Below are positions 27,607 to 36,000 of a DNA stretch of 59,454 bases, piece by piece. How positions within the stretch are numbered: position 1 is the stretch's first letter; the number at the start of each line of letters is the position of its first letter. Location of the stretch: the IMG/VR virus record IMGVR_UViG_3300045256_000151, positions 1 through 59,454 of that record; one strand, 5' to 3'. The notes under the pieces were generated by a model. The model worked only from the letters and a program-made list of their open reading frames with translations, searched no databases and was not told where the DNA came from. The position numbers and the translations under genes were made by a program. This DNA is from a virus. Lineage: Duplodnaviria > Caudoviricetes.

Positions 27607-27921
27607 TCACGGCGCCGTGCCCTGCTGTTGAGCGGGCTCGTAGCGGGCGCGGAAGGCGGCGTCGGTGTGGCCAGAAAACAGCCGACCGTGCCAATCCCGG
27701 CTCACCACCACCCAGTCTCCAACGGCCGCTTGACCGGATCGACCAAGAGCAGGCTGGTTCCTCCACGTCCACGAGACGGACGTTTGGAAATACACAACCT
27801 CCATGCCGGGCTCTGCCGCGATGGCGGCCGTCACCGCATCAATGTTCTCCGCCGTCACCCGCACGGCCTCGACCACCTCGCGCGACTGGTACTTCTCGAA
27901 CTTCACGGTGCTGCTGCTCAT
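27607..27921 (-). CDS. Conserved small phage protein of unknown function
   Basis: KY...VVEAVR...A.VGDWVV...F..RYEP pattern. Confidence 0.7.
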   Translation of the reverse strand: MSSSTVKFEKYQSREVVEAVRVTAENIDAVTAAIAAEPGMEVVYFQTSVSWTWRNQPALGRSGQAAVGDWVVVSRDWHGRLFSGHTDAAFRARYEPAQQQGTAP

Positions 27922-27924
27922 GCT

Positions 27925-29031
27925 TCAACTCCTTTCGGCCACTGGCGGACGCGCAGATCGTGCGGCCTTCGTCAGGCTCTCCGCCTCAGCCATCACGCTC
28001 TTGTAGTTCTTCACCACCGGATCGTCGGCCTGGCACTCGATCAGCTTTCCGCCCTCAGCGCGATACCAGGTGTGCGGCTTGATCCCGTCGCGCCCGGTCA
28101 CGCCGAACGCCCAGCCGATCAGCGACCAATCCGCCCGCCGCTCCGCGCACACCAGCGCGCAGTTGGCCCCACCGCGCACGCGCCCGTCGAAACCCGTGGC
28201 CACGGCGCAAGACTCGTAGCCCGTGCTGCTCGACGCGGCCTCGTAGCCCGTGCTGCTCGACGCGGCCCAGTGGCCCGTGCTGCTCGACGCGGCCCTGTTG
28301 CCCGTGCTGCTCGACGCGGCCCTGTTGCCCGTGCTGCTCGACGCGGCCCAGTAGCCCGTGCTGCTCGACGCGGCCCAGTGGCCCGTGCTGCTCGACGCGG
28401 CCCAGTGGCCCGTGCTGCTCGACGCGGCCCCGTAGCCCGTGCTGCTCGACGCGGCCCTGTTGCCCGTGCTGCTCGACGCGGCCCTGTTGCCCGTGCTGCT
28501 CGACGCGGCCCAGTGGCCCGTGCTGCTCGACGCGGCCCTGTTGCCCGTGCTGCTCGACGCGGCCCTGTTGCCCGTGCTGCTCGACGCGGCCTCGTAGCCC
28601 GTGCTGCTCGACAACTCACCGGGCAGGCTGCCGATCGGCCCGCACCGATCGCCGCCGTAGCGGCGAAGGTGCGCCACCGCCCCGGCGCGATCGCCCACAT
28701 ACCGCACCACGCACGTTGGCACCTTGGCGTTGCCGTCAAGGTTTACCACGTCTGCGGCCCGTGCCCGAACCACCCACCAGAGCGCGTCGTCGTTTCGGCT
28801 CAGTTGCCCCTGATCGCCAAGTCCCCACAGAAGCCCGTGCAGACCTCCGCCGCATTGGGGCTCAGCCGACCAGTCCGGCGCGGTCACGACGGCCCCGACC
28901 TTGCGCGGCCACACAGAGCCGCCGTGCGATTGGCCGTCCTTGTCCGTGGTCCGCAGCAGCAGCACCGTGTCCGTGCTGTTCTTGCGCGTGCGTGCGGGTT
29001 TGGTGGCGATCTTGGCGTTCTTCTTGCTCAT
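27925..29031 (-). CDS. Phage protein with central 9-aa tandem repeats (putative beta-solenoid)
   Basis: N-term APDW...CGGGLHG; 15 SSSTGxx units; C-term GIKPHTWY. Confidence 0.85.
   Translation of the reverse strand: MSKKNAKIATKPARTRKNSTDTVLLLRTTDKDGQSHGGSVWPRKVGAVVTAPDWSAEPQCGGGLHGLLWGLGDQGQLSRNDDALWWVVRARAADVVNLDGNAKVPTCVVRYVGDRAGAVAHLRRYGGDRCGPIGSLPGELSSSTGYEAASSSTGNRAASSSTGNRAASSSTGHWAASSSTGNRAASSSTGNRAASSSTGYGAASSSTGHWAASSSTGHWAASSSTGYWAASSSTGNRAASSSTGNRAASSSTGHWAASSSTGYEAASSSTGYESCAVATGFDGRVRGGANCALVCAERRADWSLIGWAFGVTGRDGIKPHTWYRAEGGKLIECQADDPVVKNYKSVMAEAESLTKAARSARPPVAERS
28213..28611. repeat. 27-bp coding tandem repeat, about 15 units
   Basis: Invariant GCCCGTGCTGCTCGACGCGGC plus a 6-nt variable segment. 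Confidence 0.95.
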
Positions 29032-29080
29032 GTCTGTTCTCCAATCCCCCCGCGCGCCGCTGGGCGGGCGGGGGTGTGTG

Positions 29081-29467
29081 TCAAACCTTGTTCAGCCCCA
29101 GCACGCCGCGCGAACGCCGCTCGGCGGCCCGGCGGCCCAGGGCCTTGATGGCCGCGTCCAGGTGGGCGATGGCCTCGGCGTTGTCGGGGTGCGCGTACTT
29201 GGACTGCTGGAAGAAGGCGAGCCGCTGCGCCGCCGCCTGGATCGCGTCCTCGACGAAAGCCCCGTTGGGGGGCGCGAGCTGCCCATCGGTGCCCGTTCCG
29301 CGCGGGCCGTCCTGCCACGCGATCGACATGCCGATGCCGTGCGCGTACCCGCCAGCGGGATTGCCTTCGGCGTCGGTGTAGTTGCGGCACCGAATCTGGT
29401 TGCTCTCGCCGTTCTGGGTGATCGTCTGCACGCCAACAACCGCCATGCTTCCGGGGAATCCGTCCAT
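29081..29467 (-). CDS. tad1: Tad1-like (Thoeris anti-defence 1) nucleotide-signal sponge
   Basis: IAWQDGPR...NGAFVEDAI...RLAFFQ...NAEAIAHLDAAIKALGRRAAERRSRGVLGLN parallels the Tad1 pattern as I recall it. Confidence 0.75.
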   Translation of the reverse strand: MDGFPGSMAVVGVQTITQNGESNQIRCRNYTDAEGNPAGGYAHGIGMSIAWQDGPRGTGTDGQLAPPNGAFVEDAIQAAAQRLAFFQQSKYAHPDNAEAIAHLDAAIKALGRRAAERRSRGVLGLNKV

Positions 29468-29547
29468 ACCAACTCGCTTTCTGCGGCTGAGCCGCAATCT
29501 GGTGAATCCTGCCGGTCGCCCGGCGTTGCCCGGCACGCGCCGGGGTG

Positions 29548-29985
29548 TTACTTTGGCTGCGCCAGACTGGCCCACTCCTGAACCCGGTCGGAGCGCGGGC
29601 TCAGCCCACGCCACACGCCGTTCGGGCCGACCTTAAAATCGAGGTAGTCATCTCCGCCGTCGTTGTGGCTTAGCCACCCGGGGACGTAGCAGTCGCCGCT
29701 ACGGGCAATGACGTACCCGTCGTCCAACACCAGTTCATAAATACCGCCGTCGCGTGGCTTGAAATGCGCATCGACCTCCAGCCCAGCGGGCCAGTCGTCG
29801 ATCTTTTTTGTGGCGACGTTGACGCGGAAGCGGTAGTAGCCGTCGGTCTTGCCCAAGAAGTCCTTGGGGACGCGGCCAGGTCCGGTGTAGCAGTCGTCAC
29901 ACTCCACCTCGCGTGCAGGCACAAACACAACCAGCCACGCCACACTCACCGTTTCCTTGACGACTCGTCGAATCACGATGTTCAT
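29548..29985 (-). CDS. Conserved hypothetical phage protein
   Basis: 145 aa, AAGGAG SD; I.DWP...HFKPRDGG.Y...YVP...DY pattern. Confidence 0.7.
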   Translation of the reverse strand: MNIVIRRVVKETVSVAWLVVFVPAREVECDDCYTGPGRVPKDFLGKTDGYYRFRVNVATKKIDDWPAGLEVDAHFKPRDGGIYELVLDDGYVIARSGDCYVPGWLSHNDGGDDYLDFKVGPNGVWRGLSPRSDRVQEWASLAQPK

Positions 29986-30083
29986 GCGTCACTCCTTGTG
30001 TTCCTCGCTTCCACCCACGCCCCGCCGATTAGGGCCGCGCATTGCGGCACCTGGGTGCTGATGTCGGTGTAGAGCCTCACTGG

Positions 30084-30680
30084 TCAGCCCTCCGCGTAAC
30101 CCGCCTTGAGCCGGGCAATCTCGGCCTTCAACCGCGATTCCTCCTCGGCGCTCAGGCCACGCTCGCGGGCCGTGATTTCCCGCTGCCGCTTGGCTTCCTC
30201 GTGCAGCTCGATGATCGCCGCCACCGCCGACTCGGCCCCGGTCTTGCCCTTGCGATGCCAGTTTGGGGCGATGCTGTTGAGCGTCTGAACCACCTGGTCC
30301 CACGCCTGCGCACACTGGGCCTGGCTGTCGAAGGCGTCCGCCTCGTCGATGATGCGCTCGGCCCGCAGCACCGCGCGAGCCCACACCCACGGCCATTGGG
30401 AGCGGCGGTAGACGGCGCGGCGTTCTTCCCACTCATGGAGCGGCATAGACCCCTCGACCACAGCCTCCCCGTCCTCGCTCTTGTTGGCGGGGATCAGCAC
30501 CTTGGGGCGCGGCGGCAGGCCGACCACGGGGAAGTTCCACAGCGGTTCGGCGGGTGCCCGCGCCGCGAAGTAGTCCAGGCGGTCGGACCCGGGCGAGGAG
30601 TCCTCTGCCGTGCCGAGCCACACGGGGTAGGCCGGTTGCGACTCGCCGGGGACGGGAACGTGCTGGTGAAAGAAGTTCAT
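30084..30680 (-). CDS. Hypothetical phage protein
   Basis: PAYP...G...LDYFAARA motif plus C-terminal coiled coil. Confidence 0.7.
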   Translation of the reverse strand: MNFFHQHVPVPGESQPAYPVWLGTAEDSSPGSDRLDYFAARAPAEPLWNFPVVGLPPRPKVLIPANKSEDGEAVVEGSMPLHEWEERRAVYRRSQWPWVWARAVLRAERIIDEADAFDSQAQCAQAWDQVVQTLNSIAPNWHRKGKTGAESAVAAIIELHEEAKRQREITARERGLSAEEESRLKAEIARLKAGYAEG

Positions 30681-30686
30681 GCGGTA

Positions 30687-31046
30687 TTACTCCGTGGGCA
30701 CTTCGAGCCCGTCAAGGGTGTTGGTGATGGCGTCGATCAGTTCTTCTCGCACGTCGTGGGTGTTCTCGCCACCCATCTCTTGCAGCCGCTCGCGGATGTG
30801 CTTCAGCAGCGCCCACGCCTCGGGGGCGAACACGATCGCACACAGCCGCTTGTTCTGGGCGTCGGCGGGGTCGAGCTTGGCGTAAGCCTCGGGCGTTTCG
30901 GGCGTGAACCGACCGAGCGGAACAGTCGCCAACCAAACGTGCCCGCCCTGCCGGCGTTCCATCACGTTGGCCTCATCTTCCCTGAAGTTCAGTTCGGCGT
31001 ACCAGTCGCCGGGCTTCCCCATCATCCGTCCGATGCACGTCGTCAT
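30687..31046 (-). CDS. Hypothetical phage protein
   Basis: 119 aa; N.RL...APE..ALL pattern; ATGA coupling. Confidence 0.65.
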   Translation of the reverse strand: MTTCIGRMMGKPGDWYAELNFREDEANVMERRQGGHVWLATVPLGRFTPETPEAYAKLDPADAQNKRLCAIVFAPEAWALLKHIRERLQEMGGENTHDVREELIDAITNTLDGLEVPTE

Positions 31047-31624
31047 GTGTCGCTCTCCAGTTCAGAGCCAACGATCGCCACGCCCCGATCGCTGCCCGCC
31101 GACCGCCCCAACCCTCGTGGCAGATTCGCCCGCACCAAACCCGCCGCCTGGGGCGGGCTCACGGCGTTGCCGATCAGCTTCACCGCCGCCCGCTGCGTCG
31201 CGGGCCAGCGGTAGTGCGCGGGGAAGCCCATCGCCGCCGCCAGCTCGCGCGGCTTGAGCATGCGGAAGAGGATGTCGACGATGACAAACTCAACGCCGTC
31301 GATGGCCACGCACACCAGCCCGTGCCGGTCCAGCGTGGTCACGGTCCCCAGCGGCTTGCGCGCATCCTGCCCGCCCCGCTCGGCCCCGTAGAACTTCACC
31401 AGCAGCGCGGCCACCAGGGCGGCGTGGTTGCCCCCGCTGCACACGGTGGGCGCGGGCCCGCCCACGGGCACCGCGTCGCCGTGGTTGCGCAGCACGGCGC
31501 ACGAACCGCAGAACGGCTCGACGTAGAACTTGTGCGGCCCAAGCTCTTTGACGATCCGATCGGCCAGGGTCCGCTTGGACCCGTACCACGGAGCGAGTGC
31601 TTTGATCTTCATCTCGCCGCTCAC
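31043..31624 (-). pseudogene. Chimeric methyltransferase remnant: Dam-like N-terminus fused in frame to C5-cytosine MTase C-terminus
   Basis: PWYGSKRTLA...YVEPFCGSCAVL then RNHG...RMLKPRELAAAMGFP...IGNAVSPP; no DPPY or PC catalytic motif. Confidence 0.75.
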
Positions 31625-31854
31625 CGCTCCACCTCCCGCACCCGCGCCCTGGCGTTGGCCCGCTTCGCGAACCCCACCGGCGTGTGCTGGTTGCCCGGGC
31701 CGCGCCGGTTGCGCTTGCCGCGCCCACGGGGTGAGGGCGTACCGGGCTCAGCCCCACGCCGCCGACGCTGGCTGCCCCGCAACGGCAGGCCAGCGGACGA
31801 CCACGCCATCAGCCCGCCCGCCAGCACCGCACCGATCGCACGCAGCTTGCTCAC
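31621..31854 (-). CDS. Small basic hypothetical protein
   Basis: 77 aa; GTGA coupling at both ends. Confidence 0.5.
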   Translation of the reverse strand: MSKLRAIGAVLAGGLMAWSSAGLPLRGSQRRRRGAEPGTPSPRGRGKRNRRGPGNQHTPVGFAKRANARARVREVER

Positions 31855-32075
31855 GCCCCACCTCCCCGCGCCGCTTCTGCGGCCTGAGGGGTGGAATACC
31901 AGCGATACTCGGGGTCGATGTTGTCAATGGCAACTGATGCCCACCGCCGCTCAATCTCACCACAAACAGGCTCGCGCCACAGGGGCTCGTCATACCCGAC
32001 GCCAATCACGCACCCATCCGCCGTCAGCGGCAGCGTCCCCAACACCCGCCGCACCTCGCCCCGCTCGTCGAGCAT
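31851..32075 (-). CDS. Hypothetical protein
   Basis: 74 aa; LP.TADG..I and WYSTPQAAEAA motifs. Confidence 0.55.
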   Translation of the reverse strand: MLDERGEVRRVLGTLPLTADGCVIGVGYDEPLWREPVCGEIERRWASVAIDNIDPEYRWYSTPQAAEAARGGGA

Positions 32076-32172
32076 CCCCGCCGCCTTCGAGGATGGCGAT
32101 GTGCTGCTCAGACGCTTGATTGGGAATTACCATAAAACGGTCCTTTGTCTTGCCCGACAGCGGGCCGGTGCG

Positions 32173-32742
32173 TCAAGCCTTGTCGATCATGTCCAGCAAT
32201 GTTTCCGCGGCCTGGCGCAGTTCGCTCAGCGACGCACGCGCCTCGTCGATCTTGGCCTTGGCCTTGGCCAAGTCCTCGTCGCACATGCGCTTCAGGTCGG
32301 CGTAATCGGCTTCCGCCTGCTTGACTTTGGCGATCGCGGCCTTGACCCGATCGCCCACGTCGCCCATATCCATCACGCCCGCCTCGTTCAACGCCTCGGC
32401 GATTTTGGCCTTGGCGTCGGCCAAGTGTGCGGCGTTTTTCTTGGTCATGGTTTGGGGCTGCATCGTCATCATCGGCTTCGGCTCCACAGCGACCGGGGAA
32501 GTTGTCTTGGGGGCTGGCATGACCAGCGCCACGGGGTTGCGGCTCGTGCAGTCCAGCACGTTCCGCCAGTCGATTTTCTCGTCCGCGATGTTCGTGCGGC
32601 CGATCGGCTTCACGATGGCGTAGTCTCGGTGCGCCCCGACCAGTTTGCCGATCATCGCGTGCTGATTGTCGCTCACCCGCATCACGCGCACAATGCGCCC
32701 GATGTTGAGGCGGCCAATCTCAAATGTCATTTGCTGACCCAT
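32173..32742 (-). CDS. Hypothetical protein with C-terminal coiled coil
   Basis: 189 aa from ATG 32742 (TGATG coupling). Confidence 0.65.
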   Translation of the reverse strand: MGQQMTFEIGRLNIGRIVRVMRVSDNQHAMIGKLVGAHRDYAIVKPIGRTNIADEKIDWRNVLDCTSRNPVALVMPAPKTTSPVAVEPKPMMTMQPQTMTKKNAAHLADAKAKIAEALNEAGVMDMGDVGDRVKAAIAKVKQAEADYADLKRMCDEDLAKAKAKIDEARASLSELRQAAETLLDMIDKA

Positions 32743-32930
32743 CAGTGCGACCTTTCCGTTCTCTCTTTGGGCTGCCGAGCGACCAGCGCCGCCCGAGCCG
32801 CCCGCACCATGTCCAGCAGCCCCGTCGCCAGCACGCTCCCATCCGGTTTGACCAGCGCAAACCCATCGCGGTCTTTCAGGGGTTCGATCCCGTACCCGCC
32901 GACGCTTGGAATGGGCTGCGTGTCGTTCAA
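32742..32930 (-). CDS. Hypothetical protein
   Basis: 62 aa; overlaps both neighbours. Confidence 0.5.
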   Translation of the reverse strand: MNDTQPIPSVGGYGIEPLKDRDGFALVKPDGSVLATGLLDMVRAARAALVARQPKERTERSH

Positions 32931-33916
32931 AACGGGATGTCCTCATCGTTGCTCGGCGGGATCTGGGCGACGGCCTGGCCGGGCTTGGGATTGGTCTGAA
33001 CGGGCGGCGCGGGCTCGGTCCTGGGTGCGGGCCGCGCCGGGGTCGGCGCCGCGGGGCGGACCTCCACCGGATCGGGAGCGGGCTTGCCGGCCATTGCGGC
33101 CAGTTCCTGGGCAATCTCGTCGGCCCGGGACGGGGGCGACAGCGCGGGGGCGGCGGCCTCCGTCGGCACCTCGGTCGCGCCGACCTCGGCCACGATTTCG
33201 CGCTCCTGCTCGTCCAGCAGTTCGATGGTGGGCTTGAGCTTGGGCGGGAACGGCAGATACTTGAACAGCCGGCGCACGGGGCACTTGCGCATCATCTCCA
33301 GCGCCTTGTACGGGTCGGTCCAGTTGTCGCCGTTGGCGTTGCTGCTCATGTGCCGGATCGCGCGCAGTTCGTTCAGCGTCATCACGTCGCGCATCTTGCG
33401 GCCGTTGGCCAGGTGCGCGATCGCGTAGGCGCACAGCACATCGCCGGGATCGCGGTTCGCGTCGGACCCCAGATACGGAACGTGAACGATGGATTCGTTG
33501 TCGCCGGCGGTGTATTCAAACTTGTCGCGCTTGAACACCACCCGCGCCTCGATGGCCTGAATGTTCTCGGAGCGCAGCGCGACGGCAATCAGACCCTTGT
33601 AGTCGACGATCAGCGTGCAATACCAATGCCCGGTCGGATTGCCGTTCTTGCGCTCCTCGCGCGGGATCAGGTGCGCCTCGCGCCCGGGCTCGAGCCCAAG
33701 GGCCACCACGTCGCTGAGGCACCGATACAGCGTGTCCCTGCTGCACAGCGCCAGCGTCGGCACCTTCAGCAGAACAGCCTTCGCCAGCACCACGGCCCGG
33801 GAAGCGTCCAGGTACTCGTTCTGCACGCCCCGCAGCCGCTCGACCTGCGCGTTCAACCAGTTGGCGCAATCCTGTGACCGCGCCTTGCCCGCCGCTACCG
33901 CTTCGTAATTGCTCAT
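32927..33916 (-). CDS. recT: RecT-family single-strand annealing protein
   Basis: LGLEP..EAHLIP...LIVDYKGL..VALRS...W....EMMRK...RRLFKYLP; near yqaJ; GGAGG SD. Confidence 0.9.
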   Translation of the reverse strand: MSNYEAVAAGKARSQDCANWLNAQVERLRGVQNEYLDASRAVVLAKAVLLKVPTLALCSRDTLYRCLSDVVALGLEPGREAHLIPREERKNGNPTGHWYCTLIVDYKGLIAVALRSENIQAIEARVVFKRDKFEYTAGDNESIVHVPYLGSDANRDPGDVLCAYAIAHLANGRKMRDVMTLNELRAIRHMSSNANGDNWTDPYKALEMMRKCPVRRLFKYLPFPPKLKPTIELLDEQEREIVAEVGATEVPTEAAAPALSPPSRADEIAQELAAMAGKPAPDPVEVRPAAPTPARPAPRTEPAPPVQTNPKPGQAVAQIPPSNDEDIPF

Positions 33917-33944
33917 GCGATGCCTCCCAAAGCGCCCCCGCCCA

Positions 33945-33973
33945 AGGTTACGGTATGTTCTTCCCGGTGTCAA
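33945..33973 (-). promoter_or_regulatory. Early-type promoter TTGACACC-N5-GAAC-N5-GTAACCT
   Basis: TTGACA-N17-TAACCT upstream of recT. Confidence 0.75.
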
Positions 33974-34173
33974 CGGCCATGCGTCAACTTCACCCGCTCC
34001 GATGCGCCGCGGCAATACCCGCACGCATACCCCGTTGCCGCGGCCAGCACCGCCGCGGCCGCCAGGGCCCACAGGGGTCCGGGTGCCCGACCGCGGCGCA
34101 GCCGGGCCGCCACCGACGCCCACAGGGCGAGCCACGCGATTGCGGCGGTCAGGATCAGCACCAGCCCGATCAT
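33970..34173 (-). CDS. Small two-helix membrane protein
   Basis: 67 aa, CAGGAG SD, two hydrophobic segments. Confidence 0.65.
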   Translation of the reverse strand: MIGLVLILTAAIAWLALWASVAARLRRGRAPGPLWALAAAAVLAAATGYACGYCRGASERVKLTHGR

Positions 34174-34236
34174 GGGAATCTCCTGAAAGCCGGCGCGGGA
34201 GTTTCCTCCGGCGTCGGCAGGGGGTAGGGAAGTTTG

Positions 34237-35193
34237 TTACCGGGTCTTGGCGGGCTTCCAGCGCGGCACGTTCCTGGTCCGCTTGATGGCGAACCGTTCG
34301 CGGGCGGCGTTGTACGTCGCCACCAGCCCGGGCTCGGCCTGCGCCAGCGCGTCCAGGTCGTAGGCCGTCCCGGCGTTTTCGACGGCCAGCCGGAACTCGC
34401 CGGCGTCGCAGCGGGCCACGCGGGCGCCGACACGCTGGGCGTCCATCTTGGCCAGCAGCGACGCCAGAGCGCTCTCCTTGGCCTTGTCCGCCTCGGCGGC
34501 CCGCTGCTTGGCGTCGAGCCACGCCTGCACGGTTTCGGTGTCGATGTTCACGGGTTCCGTGTCTTCGGTGCGCAGGTTCATCAGCGTCGACAGTCGAGGC
34601 ATCCCGTCCTCGGGCGGCGGCGGCGTGTCGCCGACGACGTACTTCTCGAACCAGTCGTTCAGACGGTCCATCATCCGGACGATCAGGTCGTTGTTGCGGC
34701 GGACGACGTACCGGGCGGGGGTGTAGTCGCGGCGCGGAAAGCACACGCCGACGTGCGCCAGCTCCGAGTCGCAGCAGCCCATGTTGAACTGGCACTGGAT
34801 CAGCACCATGTCGGGCACCTGATCCGTGCCGGGCTCGCCCCAACCATCGTGCAGGCCCGACACTTTGAACTCACCGATGTCCGACCCACGGGCGACGCTG
34901 CCCAGCATCGCGTCGGGGTGGCAAGCGATGTGCGGGAGCGTCGCGTGCCTGAACGTGTCGTTGCACGGCACCAGGTTCAGGTTCCAGTCCTCGCGCGCCG
35001 TCTCGAGCAGCACCGCCTCCATGCGGGTGCCGAACCGCGTGCGGCCGTCACCCTCGAACTCCGGCGCGCGCCCGGTCTTCTGCGCCCACACCTGCCACGG
35101 GTCGCTCCAGGGGTTGTAGCCCAGGATCGCCGCCGCGTCCGAGCCGCCGACGAAACCGCGCCGGGCCACCGCCTGTTCTTTCGTGATCGCCAT
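34237..35193 (-). CDS. YqaJ / lambda-exonuclease family nuclease
   Basis: RRGFVGGSDAAAILGYNPW...PD...EFK...Q.Q; GGAGG SD. Confidence 0.9.
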   Translation of the reverse strand: MAITKEQAVARRGFVGGSDAAAILGYNPWSDPWQVWAQKTGRAPEFEGDGRTRFGTRMEAVLLETAREDWNLNLVPCNDTFRHATLPHIACHPDAMLGSVARGSDIGEFKVSGLHDGWGEPGTDQVPDMVLIQCQFNMGCCDSELAHVGVCFPRRDYTPARYVVRRNNDLIVRMMDRLNDWFEKYVVGDTPPPPEDGMPRLSTLMNLRTEDTEPVNIDTETVQAWLDAKQRAAEADKAKESALASLLAKMDAQRVGARVARCDAGEFRLAVENAGTAYDLDALAQAEPGLVATYNAARERFAIKRTRNVPRWKPAKTR

Positions 35194-35251
35194 GATGAAC
35201 CCTCCAAAGCTCGCTTCCACTACCGAGACGGCGCACGCCGTCCGCGTCACG

Positions 35252-35280
35252 ATGTTACACTCGGTTCCGCTCGGTGTCAA
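35252..35280 (-). promoter_or_regulatory. Early-type promoter TTGACACC-N5-GAAC-N5-GTAACAT
   Basis: TTGACA-N17-TAACAT heading the early block. Confidence 0.75.
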
Positions 35281-35343
35281 GGCCACGCAACCCCCCGTCG
35301 GTTCGGGTATCATGTGGGTAACACCGTCACTCAGGAGAACCCG

Positions 35344-36000
35344 ATGGCCACGCAACCGCCCCCCCGTGGACGCACCCGCAAGACTCCCGCACCCAAGACC
35401 GCGCCCATCACGCCCCAGCCGGCCGACACCGGGGCCGCCCGCGGCGCGAGCCCGGTTGAGCATGGCCTGCCGCCCGCCAAACTCGCGCCGGCCGATGAAC
35501 ACGCCAAGTCGCAGGCGGTGCCGGGGCGCAAGGGTCCGGTGGCCGGCATGCGCGCCCTGACGGAAACGGAGGCGTGGGCGCTGATCCAGATCGACGACAT
35601 GACCAACTCGCGCCCGGGCCTGGGCGCGGGCATCGCCGACCTCGAGCTGCGCTGCGCCAACGAGCGCGGCCGGCCCATCCACGACGCCATCAAGGAGCTG
35701 GGTGAACTGGGCCTGTGGCAGTGCCCCGCCAACGCGCAGAACCGCCCGATGGTCCGCAACCTCATCACGACCGCCAACGGCGCCACCTACGCCGGGCTCT
35801 ACCGCAACGGCACGCTCACGCCCGTCGCCGAGCGCGAGGACATCCCCAGCGTTCGCCTGGCCGGCGACGATTCGCCCGTCAAGCCCCACGTCGACAACCG
35901 CGCCCGCGGCCGCTCCGACGACAGCAACCTCGACCCGGGCCCGGCGCGTGGCGTCCCCCGCGACCAGAAGCCCGGCGAGCGCCTCAGTTCGGTGGGCTAG
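35344..36000 (+). CDS. Hypothetical protein with possible central winged helix, divergent from the early block
   Basis: 218 aa, CAGGAG SD, upstream TATCAT at 35308; LTETEAWAL...IADL...IKELGELGL...TANG. Confidence 0.65.
   Translation: MATQPPPRGRTRKTPAPKTAPITPQPADTGAARGASPVEHGLPPAKLAPADEHAKSQAVPGRKGPVAGMRALTETEAWALIQIDDMTNSRPGLGAGIADLELRCANERGRPIHDAIKELGELGLWQCPANAQNRPMVRNLITTANGATYAGLYRNGTLTPVAEREDIPSVRLAGDDSPVKPHVDNRARGRSDDSNLDPGPARGVPRDQKPGERLSSVG

Noticed and set aside
28213-28611. CRISPR array
   Set aside because: Variable parts are only 6 nt and recur, the period is an in-frame 27 nt inside an ORF, and no cas genes are seen.
28213-28611. Diversity-generating retroelement target
   Set aside because: Variation fits A-to-N at some codon positions, but adenines in the core are invariant and no reverse transcriptase or template repeat is visible.
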